The notes beneath the pieces were generated by a model. The model ran no database searches. It saw only the letters and a program-made list of their open reading frames with translations, and was not told where the DNA came from. DNA of 63,737 nt, counting the filler, from Octopus bimaculoides (lineage: Eukaryota): NCBI RefSeq assembly GCF_001194135.2. It is 6 parts of 4 records of this genome, joined end to end, with 100 filler letters (N's around TTAATTAATTAA, not from the genome) between each part and the next. Parts side by side here need not be neighbours in the genome. Positions count along the whole stretch, not along the records: positions 1 to 13,908 come from NC_068995.1; 5 more parts are not named here. One strand, given 5' to 3'. Below are positions 1 through 12,375 of this stretch, in pieces (within the stretch, counting starts at the first letter, position 1; each line of letters starts with the position of its first letter). Both the position numbers and the translations under genes were made by a program.

Positions 1-107
1 GATTTTGTAGTTATTCTAGTATTATACAACTTCTACTCGTCAGTATAATATGGACCATATTATACTGACGAGTAGAAATTGTATAATACTACAATAACTA
101 CGAAATC
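1..107. repeat. Near-perfect inverted repeat (53-bp arms, 1-nt spacer)
   Basis: 1-53 is the reverse complement of 55-107 except at 3 positions (6/102 T-G, 16/92, 30/78). It may extend beyond the window start. Confidence 0.95.
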
Positions 108-246
108 ATGATTTATAATTTAGTTCGTTTTTTTAAGGGGTTGGCTTTGAGAGTTGCATTTCCTCGCATTCGGTAAAAATGTGTTTTTTTATAGTAGTCT
201 GACCTTAAAGTCCCTCATGGCGTGAGGCGTTATTATATAGTAATGC

Positions 247-284
<38 letters not shown>

Positions 285-879
285 AACTAGCTAGTCAAGA
301 AAATCTGTATGAGAGATTGAATCAGCATTTGTTCTAGGAAGTAGCGGTCAACACAACCTAAACACAGATGTTTCCTTGCAACCTCATTGAGGAAACCTCC
401 TCCAAGGTCTACAGCTGCGCTACCGTCTCTGTCCTGTTCCTTGTATTTTTAGGTGGCATTACACACTACTTCTCAGTAGGATTTTCTTCGTTAGCAAGAT
501 TGCTTGTTTTACCTGAAGAGTTGTACCTTCCGGCTTGCTCACGCTATTAACGTAACCCCTCTCACCCAAATCTTAACCACCACCTGATCAACCAAGCTAC
601 ATGTGTGAGTTTCCTCTTACTGCAAGGATGTCTCCTTAAGCAACTTCACCTTATTCGCTACTGGTTACATGTAACCCAGTACAACCTGTTACATGTTCGG
701 GTCGTCGGTGACTATACTGGCAAACCCACCATTCTTGCTTTGTGAGGAGGGTGATAGCTGGACACCCTGCAGGACGGAAAATAAAACCTGTCATACCGGA
801 CGGAGGAACTCATGAATAGTCAACGTCCATCCAACTATATATATGTGTGTATATAATTTTTTTTCTGATGTATTTAATT

Positions 880-3135
880 CCATATATTTGGCGGCAGATG
901 GGTCTCCTTAACCGTGGTGAAGGCATCCCATCAAGGAGAGGGAAACTCTGATATAAAACCAGGTCTTTGGTTGCTGAGGGTCTCCTTAACGGGGCTGTAC
1001 TACCAGCAAACTGACTCATAGGGTAGACTAGGCTCTCCAGTTTGTTTATAGAGGCTCGTCTAAGAGATGGAAACTTCTGAGAAAAAAGCCCGAGTTGTGT
1101 TGTTCTTGATATTGTGGCACATATGTGCACCATATTCTTGTTATCATCACTACCAAAAAGTGTGGCTGGTTTTACACAAGTTTCCAACACTGAAATCAAA
1201 TCATATGTGTGGGGTTTCTGACATCTTACATTTATTCATTCAATACGGCACATCTTTAACTTGAAAAGGGGTCAAACATTCCTCTGGCGAGAGAGTCAAC
1301 GCGGCAGGGCTGGTGAAGGATATTACTGGAAGTCTCTTGTTGGATCTCTACTCAGTCGGCGAACATTGGGTGATGACCAGTCCAATGCAGAACTTGTGGG
1401 TAACTGTGTTGTACGTATTTTCCAGTGGTGACAAAGCACTGCTTTCCCCTATAGGGCGGGACGAGAAATAGAGCCCCAAACATTGCTTACTCACCTTAAA
1501 CTTGTCAGCCCGCTGAAGCCGTCTGGATATTTAGTAATGCATTCAAAACACGAACAAATCTAAGAATATTAACCTTGGTTCTTGGAAAGTGCGCGCTCTT
1601 CAAGAAGGTCACTCAGCAGCAAAACGAAAGATAGCACCATTGGCTCTTGAACTAAAGTTAGAAGAATGTAAAGGTGGATATATATTTTTCTGGTGTGAAA
1701 GAAATGAAGACGAGCCACACCACTTTGGTTTTGGTTTAGTCATCAAAAGAGAAATAGCTAGATCCTTTCTTTCTCTGCCCAAAGGTATTTCTGGTCGCAT
1801 CATGACACTAACGTTTGAACTACACTCGTGCTATGCTTGTCAGCGATGGCCAGCACTAAGCAGAAAAAGAATGAATTTTACAGCCAACTCCGTGATGTCA
1901 TCTCCAGTTGTCACCATAGGGATAAAATTATCCTTATGGGAAACTTTAACGCCTGTGCTGGTACTGGCTGTCATGCATGGAAGTGTGTAATTAGTCGTCA
2001 TGGCGTAGGTCGAATTAAGTGCAGCGCTCTGCGTGTGCTCTCTATTTGCAGGAAATTCAGTCTAAACATCACCATTACATTTTTTAACAACGGCCCGAAG
2101 GCATCCTAGATATAAAGATTGGCATCTCATAGATTATGTTATCACTCAGAAACGAGATAATAGGAACCTTAACATTACACATTCATTTCGTAACACCTGC
2201 TATCTCTCTGACCATTCCCTTCTACGTGGTAAGGTTACGTTCCATCTGAAAAGCAGAAGACTACAAAAGTCATAAGTGCCTAAGCGTACTAATGTTCCGC
2301 CTTTGAAAGCCGTTGAACATCAGGATGAACTCTTTATCAAGTTGGACACTACATTCACTGTTGACATCATCGATGACATAGAATCATCTTGGAAGGCTCT
2401 GCGTGATGCAACGCAGTGTGCATCTGTAGACGTTCTTGGACTTCCTGTTCGTAAACAACAAGAATGGTTCAACTACAACAAAACAAATGTCCAACAGTTG
2501 ATAGATAAAATGCACAACTCTCACAAAGCATGGATACATGATAAGAGCTAATTCAGAGAAGAGAATGCCTGCAAGAAATACAGATTCCAGGCCCAACATG
2601 CTATGAGACAGATGAAAGGGGCTTGGTGGTCTTTCAAGGCTACTGAATCCCAAAAACGCTTGAGACAGAAATGATCCTAAAGCATTTCATGATGGCCTCA
2701 AGAAAGCGTATGTTCCTCAAGAGCATTGTGTTATTCCTATTTTTTCATCGAATCGAGAGACCCAACTGACTGATAAATCTGACATCCTGAAACGATGGAA
2801 AGATCACTTTGAAGCCGTGCTGAACTCCACCTCAGTAACTAATGACGATGCTATAATATCTGTTCCACAGCACACTGAAATGCCGGAACTGTCTCAGGAG
2901 ACAATCTTCATGGAAGTGGTAAATTTATTAAACAGGTCTCTTCTGGTAAAGCACACGGCAGGGATACCATCCCTCCTGGAGTCTACAAGTATTGTGGACA
3001 GAAACATTCGAAGAAACTGCATGGCTTCTTCATAAACATTGGAATGGTAGACCGTGTACTACAGGACTTCAAGGATGCCTCAATTCAACATCTTTATGAA
3101 AACAAAGGAAACAGAAGCTAAAGACAACAGTAACA
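880..3135 (+). mobile_element. Degenerate RTE-clade (BovB-like) LINE: 5' UTR, APE endonuclease and start of RT
   Basis: Frameshifted peptides GGYIFFW...GFGLVIK...PKGISGRIMTL, EFYSQL...DKIILMGNFNACAG, ESSWKALRDA...KQQEWF, RWKDHFEAVLN and QDFKDASIQHL match RTE ORF motifs. Many stops; ends at a (TA)n tract. Confidence 0.85.
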
Positions 3136-3185
3136 TCGTCCTCTATGGGATCGCCACATTTACTTGGGAAATATAATATATATAT

Positions 3186-3256
<71 letters not shown>

Positions 3257-3749
3257 GAGCAAGAGACAGAGACAGAGATAGAGAGAGATTGTTTATACCC
3301 ACTTTAATGTGGCTGTCTTGCAAGAGATCACGACGGTAGTGTCATTTAACCCAAGGAAGGTATCTTCTCTAGCTAGTTTATTCTATGTGCTTCTCTCACT
3401 CGATAATTATTGCAAGCGGTAGATAACTCCTGCCACCTTATTTCTGAAGCAACCAGACCACATATATATATGCAGGTATATCTATGTAGAGAAAGTTGGA
3501 TTCCTGCTCACCAAAGGATTCAGTATAACAGATACATTCTAGCCCGTTTTATGAAATGACTTCGCACAGTATCTTAGGTAATCTGACGCCCATCTAATAA
3601 AGACGCTCGTCATATATGGTATGTATGGAAACAATTTAGGCTGCCCTTTGTCATTGGAAGTGAGGAACTATCACATCCAGTTTGTGGGGTTTTGAAATGC
3701 ACAAAATGACGTCGCGTGAGTTAGTGAGTATTAGGATTCACTGAGTTAT

Positions 3750-4170
3750 GTCTCTGTGTTATTCAAGAGTTTTTTCTCTCGCGTCAACAATCCCGAGGGC
3801 GTCTTAATTGGCGGCAAAACTGATGAGGATTGGTATATGTTCCGGGGACTGGTAGAGGGTGATGTTTGGGTAGAACCGTTTGTTTATTGGGGACTAGACG
3901 TGTTTCTAAATCTTCAGCGTGATGTATCGTTGGCTATACATACATGTTCTATGCGCGTCCATTTACGTATAGTTAGGTCAACCTTTGCTGGACACTCAGT
4001 TTTTGATGGCGGAAAAACCGATGGAAGAGTTAGTTCGTAGCGCTTATGACCATGTTTAAGACGGTGTTCCAGCGATCACGTATTTTCTCTCGTGTAAGGA
4101 CTATCCAAAACGTTCGCTCTTGAAGTTTATGAACGTGTTCCAGTAAAAGGAATTTTTAAAAACTGATACA
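3750..4170 (-). mobile_element. Possible Penelope-like GIY-YIG C-terminal remnant
   Basis: Minus-strand frame reads SLEHRLKHGH...RKWTRIEHVCI followed by a Ser/Thr/Pro-rich tail, with stops. Weak motif match only. Confidence 0.3.
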
Positions 4171-4289
4171 CTCTCTTACATAACTTTCAGATTATGTTAC
4201 TGTTGAAATAATATATGTAATTTTCTAGGATTCTTCACTTGACGTTTTAATCAGTGCTGCTTTCCATCAAAGAACATTTATGCCTAGCC

Positions 4290-4790
4290 AGAGGCATTAT
4301 GTGTCGTGGAGATTAAAGAGAATTATCGTTGTTAAATGTTTCTGAAAGAATCTTTTTCTTGCCTACATACAGGAATTTCAGTCAAACTGTAAAAATCTCA
4401 CTTCTCCAGTGTACCGATCTAAAAGCGCAATATTTCGCATGCGAACACAAAAAATATTGTTTCTACTAATACAGTAAACAGTCTCATATCTACTGCCCAG
4501 CAACATTTTTGCCAAAATTTTTACACATATAAGCATCGACACCCACACATGAGGTTAAATGTATTGGCACTCATGTATGATCTGTTCCAAAAAGGCTGGC
4601 ACTCATCCAGTTTGTTCCAAAAACACTACAAGCATATCAACCTTTCCCAAAATACAACTGATTGAAATCATTGCTCAAAAGTTTTTGACATGGGATAAAA
4701 GTATTGATTATAATATATTTTTTTGTCTTCCACGATTTGCTTTCGTCCATTTCGCAGCAACCACAAGCACACCTTCCTCTGCAGTAACAA
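4290..4790 (-). pseudogene. Decayed Cys-rich ORF resembling the P2X7 ballast-like domain (probably a transposon accessory ORF)
   Basis: One minus frame reads RCACGCCEM...NDFNQL...HAKYCAFRSVHW...YVGKKK with in-frame stops. This recalls C.CG.C..M...F..L...R..AYR.F..W...LGK of ballast-like proteins. Confidence 0.4.
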
Positions 4791-5274
4791 AGGGCCGTCA
4801 ACGTTTTTTCTCCATAATTACCATCATTGATGAACTTGTTATTAACTAACCGACTAATTACCTAAAATTCTTTTTGAAATCTTTTGGTAAATTTAGCTGA
4901 AATGCATGTGAAAGAAAGCGTATATTTCTTGATATACATATATACATGTATATAAGTACGTATATTGATACACGCACATACACACACACGCACAAACACA
5001 TTTATAATTGTATGTATGATCTAAGTGCAATTCCAGTGCAATATTGACAAGCCACAGGAAAATATATATACAATATGGGTAAGGAATATAATACAGCGGT
5101 TTGTACTCTAGTATTAGGAGAGATTGACTTCGGTGTAAAAGTTTTAGTGTGTCAATATGATTCCATAGATATATTTTACGTAATAATCTAACATTATGCA
5201 CATATAATGTCTGTGGGCATAAATTATATGCACATATATACGTATATTGCTGACCACTACACACATTCATTTTC

Positions 5275-5435
5275 TCTCTTTGTTTCTCTCCTTGTTTCTT
5301 TCCCTGTTCCTTTCTGTAGAAGAGCGTAGGCTCAAAACGTTAAAGACTTTCTCAATTCCCGACCGTTATACTAATACATCTATTTGTTTTCAACACCACC
5401 TTTCTTCGTCTGTTGTCATTTTGTGAATTCTCCCT
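5275..5435 (+). repeat. Penelope-type terminal repeat with a degenerate minimal hammerhead-like core
   Basis: gaagagcgtaggctcaaaacgt resembles the GAnGA-stemII-GAAAC layout; a homologous copy lies on the minus strand at 5460-5620. Confidence 0.5.
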
Positions 5436-5459
5436 ATATAAATAGTTATGTATTATGTA

Positions 5460-5620
5460 GTTGAAATTTATAAGAGAGACAACGATGACAGGTTTATGAA
5501 CAACAAGCATGTGCATTAGTTTGAAGCTCAGGAAACATGAAAATGTCTTGTAGGTTTCGAGCCTATGCCCTTAAACCGAAGGGAATAAAAGGAAATAAAC
5601 GGTGTGAGAATGAAAAAAAA
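5460..5620 (-). repeat. Second, inverted copy of the 5275-5435 repeat
   Basis: The reverse complement aagggcataggctcgaaacctacaagac...actaatgcacatgcttgttgttca aligns to the plus copy. Confidence 0.6.
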
Positions 5621-5650
5621 AAGCGTGTAGATTTTAGCGGTCCAGCATAG

Positions 5651-6350
5651 CCAGCTGAATTACCCGGCCTTACTCGGTTTACTGTTGTTCTTATTCAGAT
5701 TAGTAAACAATAAATATGAAAATGTATTTTTTTCTCATAATTATTTCAAAATATGCACATTTTATTAACAAAATATCGAAATTCTAATGATATTACAATT
5801 TAGAATTGAAAATCTGTCAATATTGATGCACCTGAGGGTAATCAATATTCATTTTGTAATTTTTTTTTTTTTGGTGTCCAAATGGATACATTTTGCTGCT
5901 TCCAACTTGCGAGCAACCAACATATTGTTGACCGTAGGAGAAGCATGTACTAGAGAGATGAAATCCAAATACCTTCAAGTACTGACCCTGAAATTTGTTA
6001 GTTGAAATGCCAAAAGTTAGTTTGAATGAAAACTAAAGCCTCTTAAATTCAAGAGGAACATTAGAGAATATTTTGGAATAAAGACATTTTCTTCTTTGTG
6101 AATACCTGTTATGATAGTTGTCTGTAGGACATGCGGCTTCACGGAAGTAACAATTAAGTTATTTCCATTACACAGGCGAGGTGGTCAAGAATTCTAAGCA
6201 ACATAACGGGAGCATCCAGCGTTAGTGCCAAGTTACGCAGTGACATCCCAGTGGGTTTGTGTTTGTTCAGAAATTCCACAGAGTGTTGAACAAACTTACC
6301 TTGATCGACTGTTGTGTGAATTGATGGTAAAATAATTTATGATGTCTCTT
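5651..6350 (-). mobile_element. Helitron remnant: PIF1-helicase C-terminus plus 3' end
   Basis: VEFLNKHKPTGM...APVMLLRILD, PRLCNG...VFIPK...FKRL...NKFQGQYLKVFG...CFSYGQQYVGCSQVG are Helitron helicase motifs. 3' hairpin ccgagtaaggccggg then CTGG (degenerate CTAG) at about 5651. Confidence 0.9.
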
Positions 6351-6366
6351 TTAATTTTTAACGAAA

Positions 6367-6428
<62 letters not shown>

Positions 6429-6899
6429 GCACATATACACTCCTCATATACAAAATGTGTCGTGCTGGTGGTAGTGGTATAACATGTCCTTTACTATGTG
6501 GTACGTAACGAACGCGCAAACAGGTATGCACACACACTCACAGACACATATACACACATATACAAAATATGTGGTGGTGGTGGTATAAAAATGTCCTTAG
6601 TATAGTTGACTAAAGAAAGATTATTTTCGAGAAAATGTTATATTGTTTTGATCGAAATGAAAATAGAAATTACATGTTGATACTCGTAGGGTCTAATATT
6701 ATTTACCTTGTAAAATTTGATTTGATTTGCTGGAGCCGTTTGAGAATGAATAGGGACAGAAACACAAATAATCTTATAAAAAGAGAGATATATGCATTAA
6801 TGAACGAAATTCCAACTCAGTCTGATATTCATGTTTTATTATTTGCAATTTTTACAAATGTAACAACTTTACAATTTTACAATATCAAGATCTACTAGT

Positions 6900-7810
6900 A
6901 CTGTTATGCTTTCATGTGTTACGAAACCATCAGATTTATTCAGTGACAGTTACGTTCCACGATTGACAACTGTAGGGAAGTAGTTGGATTTATCCTTTAA
7001 TTTGCTGTCGGTGCACTCGTAAATGATCCGATAATGCATTGCCAGTCTGACCAATGTATATCCCCTCACAATTTGGGCATTTGATGTAATACATTATTTT
7101 TTTACGTTTGCAGTTCGTATATGATTTGTAAATATTCTTCTGGTTTCCGTGTTCATATATTGACTTGTATGTATGAAATGATATGAACCACATCGATTAT
7201 CATTGCATTTAGAAACAATGAGAGATTCGTCATTGTTGCTTGTGTAAAAGTTTGACTTTGTTAGTAATTGATTCAAGTTCTTCAGCTATCTTACTTAGAA
7301 TCATAGCCTGATCCGTGATTATATCATATAATTCATTGCTTTGAGCAATGATTAGCAAGTTTGCTTTATTGATGCTAAAGTTATTTTGGAGACACGGATT
7401 GTGTATCACTAAAAATGGTTTGACCGCTTCTTGCTTTCCAGTTTTTGGGGTTCCATTAAGTTGTATGTGTATTTCTATAGTACGCCGAATACCATTTTCT
7501 ATAAGTAGAAACGAGTACTTTTATTTGAGCTGAAATCTTTTGAGATTTGTATGGCGTTTGCCTCTGGTATTTACAACTTCCACAATGGTACACATTTTTC
7601 TGGCTAGGCAGTATCGATTACTGCGTTTCGTATGTGTTAAATGGCACAATTCAAAGTTCGAGTATTTATACGTGTCTATGTGTTTATAGTATATAGCTGT
7701 GGTGATGGTGGTGTCGCTATTAATTACCATTACGCGTAGAAATGGTAATTTGGTATTACTCATCTCCTTTCTAATTTCCAAAGATGTGTAGTAAAAACTT
7801 ACCAAGGAAG
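6900..7810 (-). mobile_element. Penelope-like element remnant (RT thumb plus GIY-YIG)
   Basis: ORF track 7521-7805 (TAIYYKHIDTYKY...CHLTHTK) and 6990-7193 (MYYIKCPNCEGIYIGQTG...RVHRQQI). Confidence 0.9.
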
Positions 7811-7849
7811 CGAGTATTCAGAATTAACATTTCTAGACTTAATGGTAAT

Positions 7850-9230
7850 TAAATGAGACCGCTATCACCACGGATGAATGCGTAACGCTTGAAAGTCCAA
7901 GTTTATTTCAATAGAAAGTAGAATAGATATGGATTCTTCCGAGCACAATCCACAGCTCCTGGAATGTGTATCATAAGCTTGCGCGTGCCTTACAATTAAC
8001 CAGGATAGCTCATAGCTGGTGCTCTCAGTTTTCAGTTGCCAGAGAAAGTCCTCCAGCGATGTTACGCGTCTCTTGTTCGCTTCTTTCAAGCTAGAGACAT
8101 GGTTGCAATATCAATCCTTGAACGAATCGGCTATGGTGCCTACGTACATGTACAGGCCTCTCCGTGTGTGCGCTGTTCATATATAAATGATGTTGCGAGT
8201 CATGCAGAAGTTATTGAGTGGGCATCCCTACACGATTACCTATTGCTGGCCATTGTTAATGTCCAGTGATAGTATCGAGCTATTCCCGTCGTCACAGTTA
8301 CGTGTGGGTGCGCTTTCTCTGTGCTGTTGCGATTCAGGTTGTGTGGGTTACTTTGTATTGGAATTTTATTAGTTCTGGTTTAGTCTGGGCTATGGGATCG
8401 CGTGGTTGTCGCTTCCTCGGTGAGGATTATATACTAGTTCATTGTTTGTGCATTCAGAGATGGTCTTTTTCAAGTCTTGTTAAGCTTGGTGCTATTTATC
8501 CGATGCTTATGTTGCTTCAAGTGGTATCTATGCCATTTCTGGAAGTATCTGTCAAGTGCTACCAGACACTATCTAGAGATCTCGGAAGATATATTGCAAG
8601 CGTGAATCCCTAACACCAAATACAGAAAAGTTACCAGAGAATTGTACGCTTTCTGTATTTCGTGTTATGTTTATTGGTCCGCAAGTGTTGTGTTTGTTCA
8701 ATGCGATCAATTTTGTTGCGTGTATCTTTGTTTAGATAGGAGATTTTGTGGATAGACGTGTTAGTATCACTGTTATTGTAATAGTTGGGTGCTACCCGTC
8801 TATGCTGGTGTGCCAGTGTAATTTCCTTACGTGTCTGCTCTAGGATTTTGTGTGTCGGTGTTGGTGGTGTGTGTTTCGTTTGTGTGTGAGATGTGTGTGT
8901 GTGTATGAATCCCGTCTGTTCTTTGTATCCGGTCCTAGCTAGTGTCTCGTTTTAATAGGGTGCATGTAGATCAAATAATTTGGGATTGGCAGACAATCGG
9001 GAAACCCTCGTTTGAATATTGCCCAAATGTTCCCGAATAATGGAAGGTGACTGGTTCAACCTGTTGCTAATGTACTTTAGGTTAGAATTTGGTTTGTGGA
9101 TGGGCTTCTTCAGACTGGTATCAAGGTTCAATGTGGCATCCAGGAAGTTAACCTTGCAGAATACAATTTCGAAAGTTATAGCTAGTCCTATACTTCTAAC
9201 TATATCTTGAATAGATTTTTCTTACGTCTT
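7850..9230 (-). mobile_element. Second Penelope-like family remnant(s) with a CxLC-type GIY-YIG end
   Basis: KPIHKPNSNLKYISNRLNQSPSII, RLSANPKLF...LARTGY, CPLNNFCMTRNIIY and LWQLK...SWLIVRHAQAY...SCGLCSEESISIL; frameshifted. Confidence 0.8.
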
Positions 9231-9233
9231 TCA

Positions 9234-9346
9234 GTTCGCCTATATTGATTGAAATATGTTATTAAAGTGTATATATATATATACTATATATATATATATA
9301 TATATATATACTCTTTAAGGACATGTTTGAATCAATATAGGCGAAC
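9234..9346. repeat. Imperfect palindrome centred on (TA)n
   Basis: gttcgcctatattgatt (9234-9250) and aatcaatataggcgaac (9330-9346) are exact reverse complements; pairing continues inward with a few mismatches. Confidence 0.9.
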
Positions 9347-9609
9347 CTCATGTCGAAGAGGAAAAGAAGTGTTTATGACGTAACTTGTGTCTCAAGAGTA
9401 TAGTATCTTTATCTTTGCACTCATTGATTATCATCAATATATTTACTCTTCATGTATTCAGTAAACGCCTGATGCAATGAAATGCTCTGTCTGTACTATA
9501 CATATGTGTATGGAATAATTCTACTATTTACATGCATACACACACACACGCACACACACACACACACTCACACACACACACACATATGTATATATACAGA
9601 CATAAATAT

Positions 9610-9647
<38 letters not shown>

Positions 9648-10628
9648 AATNNNNNNNNNNNNNNNNNNNNNNNNNNNNNNNNNNNNNNNNNNNNNNNNNN
9701 NNNNNNNNNNNNNNNNNNNNNNNNNNNNNNNNNNNNNNNNNNNNNNNNNNNNNNNNNNNNNNNNNNNNNNNNNNNNNNNNNNNNNNNNNNNNNNNNNNNN
9801 NNNNNNNNNNNNNNNNNNNNNNNNNNNNNNNNNNNNNNNNNNNNNNNNNNNNNNNNNNNNNNNNNNNNNNNNNNNNNNNNNNNNNNNNNNNNNNNNNNNN
9901 NNNNNNNNNNNNGTGTGTGTGTCTGTGTGTGTGTGTGTGCGTGATTATGTATGTATATCTATTGATAAACATGTGTGGGTGTGGGCCATTGAAATATATA
10001 TTTCCCGGGAACTATGAAGGCACGCACGCGCGCGCATTCGCGTGTATATACTTATATAATGTGTGGCTGTCTAGTTTTTATATTATCTCTCCGTGTAGCT
10101 TCTATGTTATTGCGCTTCAAGTTACAACCTGAATCCACTTGGAACAAATGGATTCAAAATATGGTTAGTACCAGATTTTCATGACTTGTTAAACTTTTCG
10201 TTCATGACAGTTACATAACAAATTATAGAAATGAATGAACATAATTTTATATGCATATTTTGCAGAACTTTCTGTTATTCTTTTCTTTGAGTTTTATACA
10301 TGTAAGTCCAAAATATCTTATAAGGAAAATAATGCTACGTTTATTTTAAGTATAAACTTAGCGGGTGATATTTTTATTCGACAGGATTATTAAGCAAAAT
10401 ATCATGTGAACATCATTTATACACTAACTAAACAGCATATTTTGATAAGGTTATTTCTACAGATATTCTATAGAGAAATAACCTCAACAAAATAATGTAA
10501 GAAGCACTGCCGACGCAGTAGAACTGTTTTATAAAAGCGATTAATATGCTTTATGTTTGCATAACGAAGTACCACGGACCTGCGAATCATTAACGTTTAT
10601 AAACATCATATGTATACATGTATACATA

Positions 10629-10670
<42 letters not shown>

Positions 10671-12057
10671 NNNNNNNNNNNNNNNNNNNNNNNNNNNNNN
10701 NNNNNNNNNNNNNNNNNNNNNNNNNNNNNNNNNNNNNNNNNNNNNNNNNNNNNNNNNNNNNNNNNNNNNNNNNNNNNNNNNNNNNNNNNNNNNNNNNNNN
10801 NNNNNNNNNNNNNNNNNNNNNNNNNNNNNNNNNNNNNNNNNNNNNNNNNNNNNNNNNNNNNNNNNNNNNNNNNNNNNNNNNNNNNNNNNNNNNNNNNNNN
10901 NNNNNNNNNNNNNNNNNNNNNNNNNNNNNNNNNNNNNNNNNNNNNNNNNNNNNNNNNNNNNNNNNNNNNNNNNNNNNNNNNNNNNNNNNNNNNNNNNNNN
11001 NNNNNNNNNNNNNNNNNNNNNNNNNNNNNNNATATAAAAACATCACATGTACACGTAAGGTGATTTTCAGATGAATGTTTTTCAACAACGTTTTTGAAAT
11101 ACAGGATGGCAAATATGAGTTTATAAATAGACGCAGTGCGCAGTGTCTCATGTGTAATATCATTGTGCAGAGAACGCTAATTATGTATATCAATACTACA
11201 TGCGATGTAGTTTCTCTCTGCCGGTTCTAGAATGGCTTCTGTCATTCAGAGATGGCAGGTGATATGGTAGAAATACTGAGGCATTCCAGAGTCATATTAT
11301 TATCATTCCAATTTTCTGCACGGAAAACTATTTTTCTCCCTTCATCTGCAAAATGTCTTCTGATACAAATTCTTGCAACAGTTGACGACTTTGATTTGTG
11401 TGAAAAGTAGTTGACAGATATGGACATCCAAATAGACAACGACGATGTAAGTGACGTCTAGGAGTAAGGGAATAGAAGTTAAATCGAACCTTGAATGGCA
11501 ACAGATTTAATAAAGTTGTGGCACAGAAATGTCAATCACCAAATATTCACTCGTACGACGTGACATAAAACTACTGAAGTGATGAGAGAGAGCCAAAACA
11601 CCTCTGTAAGATGTTACGATACAAGATTTTTAGGACAGATCTTGAGGATCAAACCATTGCTTTTGCCATATTTTTCTAGTGTGAAAGTCCTCTAGAGAAT
11701 TACATAAACGGGTAACAATTCAATTAGTCTGATTTTCCTCCTCGCAATCATTAACTCTATGGATATAAAAATTAAAACCACACAATATGGGAGCAATTCA
11801 CATAAAAATTCATTGCAGTAATTTTCGTTTCAAAAGTTGTTTTTTTTACATATGACACTCATAGTGATATCCAATTCATTTTCAATAAAGAAGCATAATC
11901 CTGTTTCAGTTCTATACATTATATTCTTTTTTCTAATACAATGTCAAATACTTTTTAACAAATTATCGAATTGTATTAGAATGGCAATGCATTTGTCTAC
12001 TTCTATAGGAACATGGGTGGATTTGTGTCAAGAATCTTGATTCCCAATTATATGGTA

Positions 12058-12375
12058 CCGAGTTCAGTCCCACTGCTTGTCACCTTGTGTGTCTTCTACT
12101 AGAGCTTTGCCCCGACCAAAGCCTTTTGAATGGGTTTGGTCGACGGAAACTGAAAGAAGCCCGACGTGTATATATATGTTTGTGTGTGTTTATTCCCCAC
12201 CATCGCATGAGAATCGATGTTGGTGTGTTTAAATGCACGTAACTTAGCGGTTCCACAAAAGAGACCAATAAAATAAGTGCCAGGCTTACATAGAATAAGT
12301 CCTGGGATCGATTTCTTCGACTAAATTTGATGCTCCGGTATGGCCGATACGAAATAACTGAAACAAGTAAAATAA
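12058..12375 (+). mobile_element. tRNA-derived octopus SINE, family A (5'-truncated)
   Basis: B-box-like gttcagtccc, body ggaaactgaaagaagccc, tail ...gctccggtatggcc...ctgaaacaagtaaa. The same family recurs several times in the window. Confidence 0.85.

Noticed and set aside
6295-6311. Apparent 9-nt minus-strand microexon (cag-TCGATCAAG-gtaagt)
   Set aside because: It lies inside the Helitron helicase reading frame, has a weak pyrimidine tract, and GTAAGT is frequent by chance in AT-rich DNA.
7871-7898. Hammerhead-like string cggatga...gcgtaacgc..gaaagtc on the plus strand
   Set aside because: The core is mutated, there is no stem I/III, and it overlaps the coding end of the minus-strand Penelope ORF.
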